From an uncultured delta proteobacterium (lineage in GTDB: Bacteria; Desulfobacterota; Binatia; UBA9968): a stretch of DNA of 64,000 nt. Of this stretch, positions 62,236 to 64,000 are shown in pieces. Under the pieces are notes generated by a model, which was not told where the DNA came from, searched no databases, and saw nothing but the letters and a program-made list of their open reading frames with translations. The stretch is from positions 32,001-96,000 of the forward strand of contig CAVXEP010000010.1 of NCBI GenBank assembly GCA_963760795.1, written 5' to 3'. Position numbers and translations under genes: made by a program. Within the stretch, counting starts at the first letter, position 1; every line of letters starts with the position of its first letter.

Positions 62236-63590
62236 TTAGAGCGGTATCACGTTTGCACCGGAGAAATTTTTGAACGCGTTTCAGCAATCTACCACAAGTG
62301 CGCTATGAGCTGCGACCATGGAATTATCAAAGGCGGGATGGTCGGTCAATATCACCACACAGTCCATCGATTGAAGTAGTGGTTGGGTTAACGGAACCGA
62401 CGCTAGAGTTTCCTCGCCTATGGCAACAATCGGCACGTAGGGGTCCGAATATGCGACCGTTGCACCTTTTTCTATCAAAGCTCTTGCGACCTCGAGCGCC
62501 GGCGATTCCCTCGTATCGCTAACATCCCGCTTGTAGGCAATACCGAGAGCAAGGAGCCGAGAGCCATTTATGCTCTTCTTTCTCTTGTTAGGCAAGCGAT
62601 TCGACTGACGGTAACTTTCGGCATCTGGCTGTTGACGACAGCGGCCATCTCGATCAGGCGCGGCTTAAAACCACGCATTCTAGCTTTCCATGTGAGATCG
62701 TCTGGATTAACCGGGAGGCAATGACCATCCAGACCAGGTCCGGGATAAAAAGGCATGAACCCAAACGGCTTGGTTTTGGCTGCGTCAATGACTTCCCAGA
62801 CATTGATGCCGAACTGGCGGCACATACGAGCCATTTCGTTGACTAAAGCAATATTGACACTCCGGAAAGTATTTTCTAAAAGCTTAACCATTTCCGCCGA
62901 CTCAGAAGAAGACACCGGAACAACGCTGTCAACAAACTGTTGGTAAAGAAACGTCGCCATGGCAGTGCAACGTGTAGTCAGGCCGCCGATGATTTTCGGA
63001 ATGTTCCGTGTCGTATAAGTTTGATTGCCGGGATCGACTCTCTCGGGGGAAAATGCCAGAAAAAAATCTTCACCGGCCTTGAGGCCTGATTTCTCCAAAA
63101 TAGGAAGCACGATCTCTCGAGTGGTTCCCGGATAAATCATGCTCTCGATAACGATCAACTTTCCGGGAGTAAGATGATTGTGAACGGCTTCCACGGCAGC
63201 CACGATGTATGAGAGATCCGGATCTTTAGATTTTCTCAAAGGCGTGGGAACACATATGCTGATAGTGTCAACCGATTCTAACGCGGCGAATGACTGCGTT
63301 GCTCTCAGGGTCCGGTTAGTACCGGCGGAACGGAGATCGTTGCTTGTTACGTTTAAGACGTACGAGACGCCCGCGTTGACGGATTCAGCCCTACTGCCAT
63401 CAATATCAATTCCGGTCACTCGAAACCCCTCGCGAGCCATTTCGATGGCCAGCGGCAATCCGACATACCCCAGGCCAATAACACCGAGCTTGGCGGAGCG
63501 ATTGCGGATCTTGTCTTCTAAAACTATCCGTGGATTAGTCATTTTTGGATATTGTGGGTTGAAGTCGATTTGACTTCCTTTCCTTCGCAT
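62236..63590 (-). pseudogene. Nucleotide-sugar dehydrogenase (second copy) with a frameshift near 62595 and a premature TGA at 62281-62283
   Basis: GLGYVGLP, SPERVDPG, ENTFRSVN, GHCLP and AYKRDVSDTRESP motifs; reads VDC*NAFKNF...VIPL*. Confidence 0.8.
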
Positions 63591-63658
63591 AGACCAACAC
63601 CTCCTACTTTCCTCCTGATGACTCTAACTATCTTCACTCCGATGAGCCCCCGGTCGGA

Positions 63659-63841
63659 TTATCGTCGCACATATCTTTTACCCCAAACGGCGAGTCCTAC
63701 GAGAACTGCCCCAAACATCACAACTTTGAGGGGCTCCGACTCTTTGAAAACGTAGAGAGTCATTGCCGCTCCTGCTATCAGCAGGACCAGAACCACAACG
63801 CTTGTAATGCTTTTTGATCGAGTACGCATGTTAGAATTCAT
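63659..63841 (-). CDS. 60-aa protein: signal-like helix joined directly to a PEP-CTERM-like sorting signal
   Basis: SD GAGG; ...FKESEPLKVVMFGAVLVGLAVWGKRYVRR*. Confidence 0.55.
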   Translation of the reverse strand: MNSNMRTRSKSITSVVVLVLLIAGAAMTLYVFKESEPLKVVMFGAVLVGLAVWGKRYVRR

Positions 63842-64000
63842 AGCTACCTCACTGGTCGGAGTTGATAACAAATTAAGTGCGTTCAGCGGCAGGCATTGAC
63901 AATTCAGGTGTTTTGTCGCGAACGGGTTCGGCCATGCAACGCGGCGCGATGAGCGATTTGGACAAAATCACGGGTAAGAATTGGCAGCAGGAAATGCTCC

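Larger units (their letters stand above)
54503..64000. mobile_element. Putative genomic island downstream of tRNA-Arg(CCG), extending beyond the window
   Basis: Visibly AT-richer sequence, long non-coding gaps, pseudogenes, tRNA and comM remnant at the boundary; no integrase seen. Confidence 0.5.

Overview
This 64-kb window is GC-rich bacterial DNA. The gene order ispE-spoVG-tRNA-Gln-prs-rplY-pth-rpsF-rpsR-yybS-rplI and the many orphan solute-binding proteins suggest a 'deltaproteobacterial' lineage such as Ca. Binatia (inference). From left to right: (1) Fe-S carrier genes (DUF59, Mrp), an OmpA lipoprotein, plsY and a bicupin. (2) A Na+-translocating biotin-dependent acyl-CoA decarboxylase operon, and a sigma54-promoter/HTH/sensor-kinase unit. 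(3) A tungsten-cofactor block at about 11.5-28.5 kb: moeA-PBP, moeA, a mobA-moaD fusion, a canonical AOR, a TunR/TaoR-type regulator, tupABC, and a selenocysteine formate dehydrogenase operon (in-frame UGA plus SECIS) with an NrfD anchor. (4) A catabolic-looking cluster at about 28.7-44.4 kb with two paralogous AOR/WOR-family enzymes whose active-site and pterin motifs are rewritten, a 4x[4Fe-4S] subunit, seven binding-protein-fold genes with no permease or ATPase, a Cys-less racemase-fold protein, an aldolase II, a VOC protein and a BNR-repeat protein. This cluster is the best candidate for an undescribed system. (5) lsrF/Zn-dehydrogenase and housekeeping genes. (6) tRNA-Arg(CCG), flanked by decayed suhB and comM 3' remnants, followed by an AT-richer, decaying EPS/PEP-CTERM-like island. 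Single-base frameshifts occur in about 15 genes, including plsY, and are most likely sequencing errors. All calls come from motif recognition by eye; no database searches were run.
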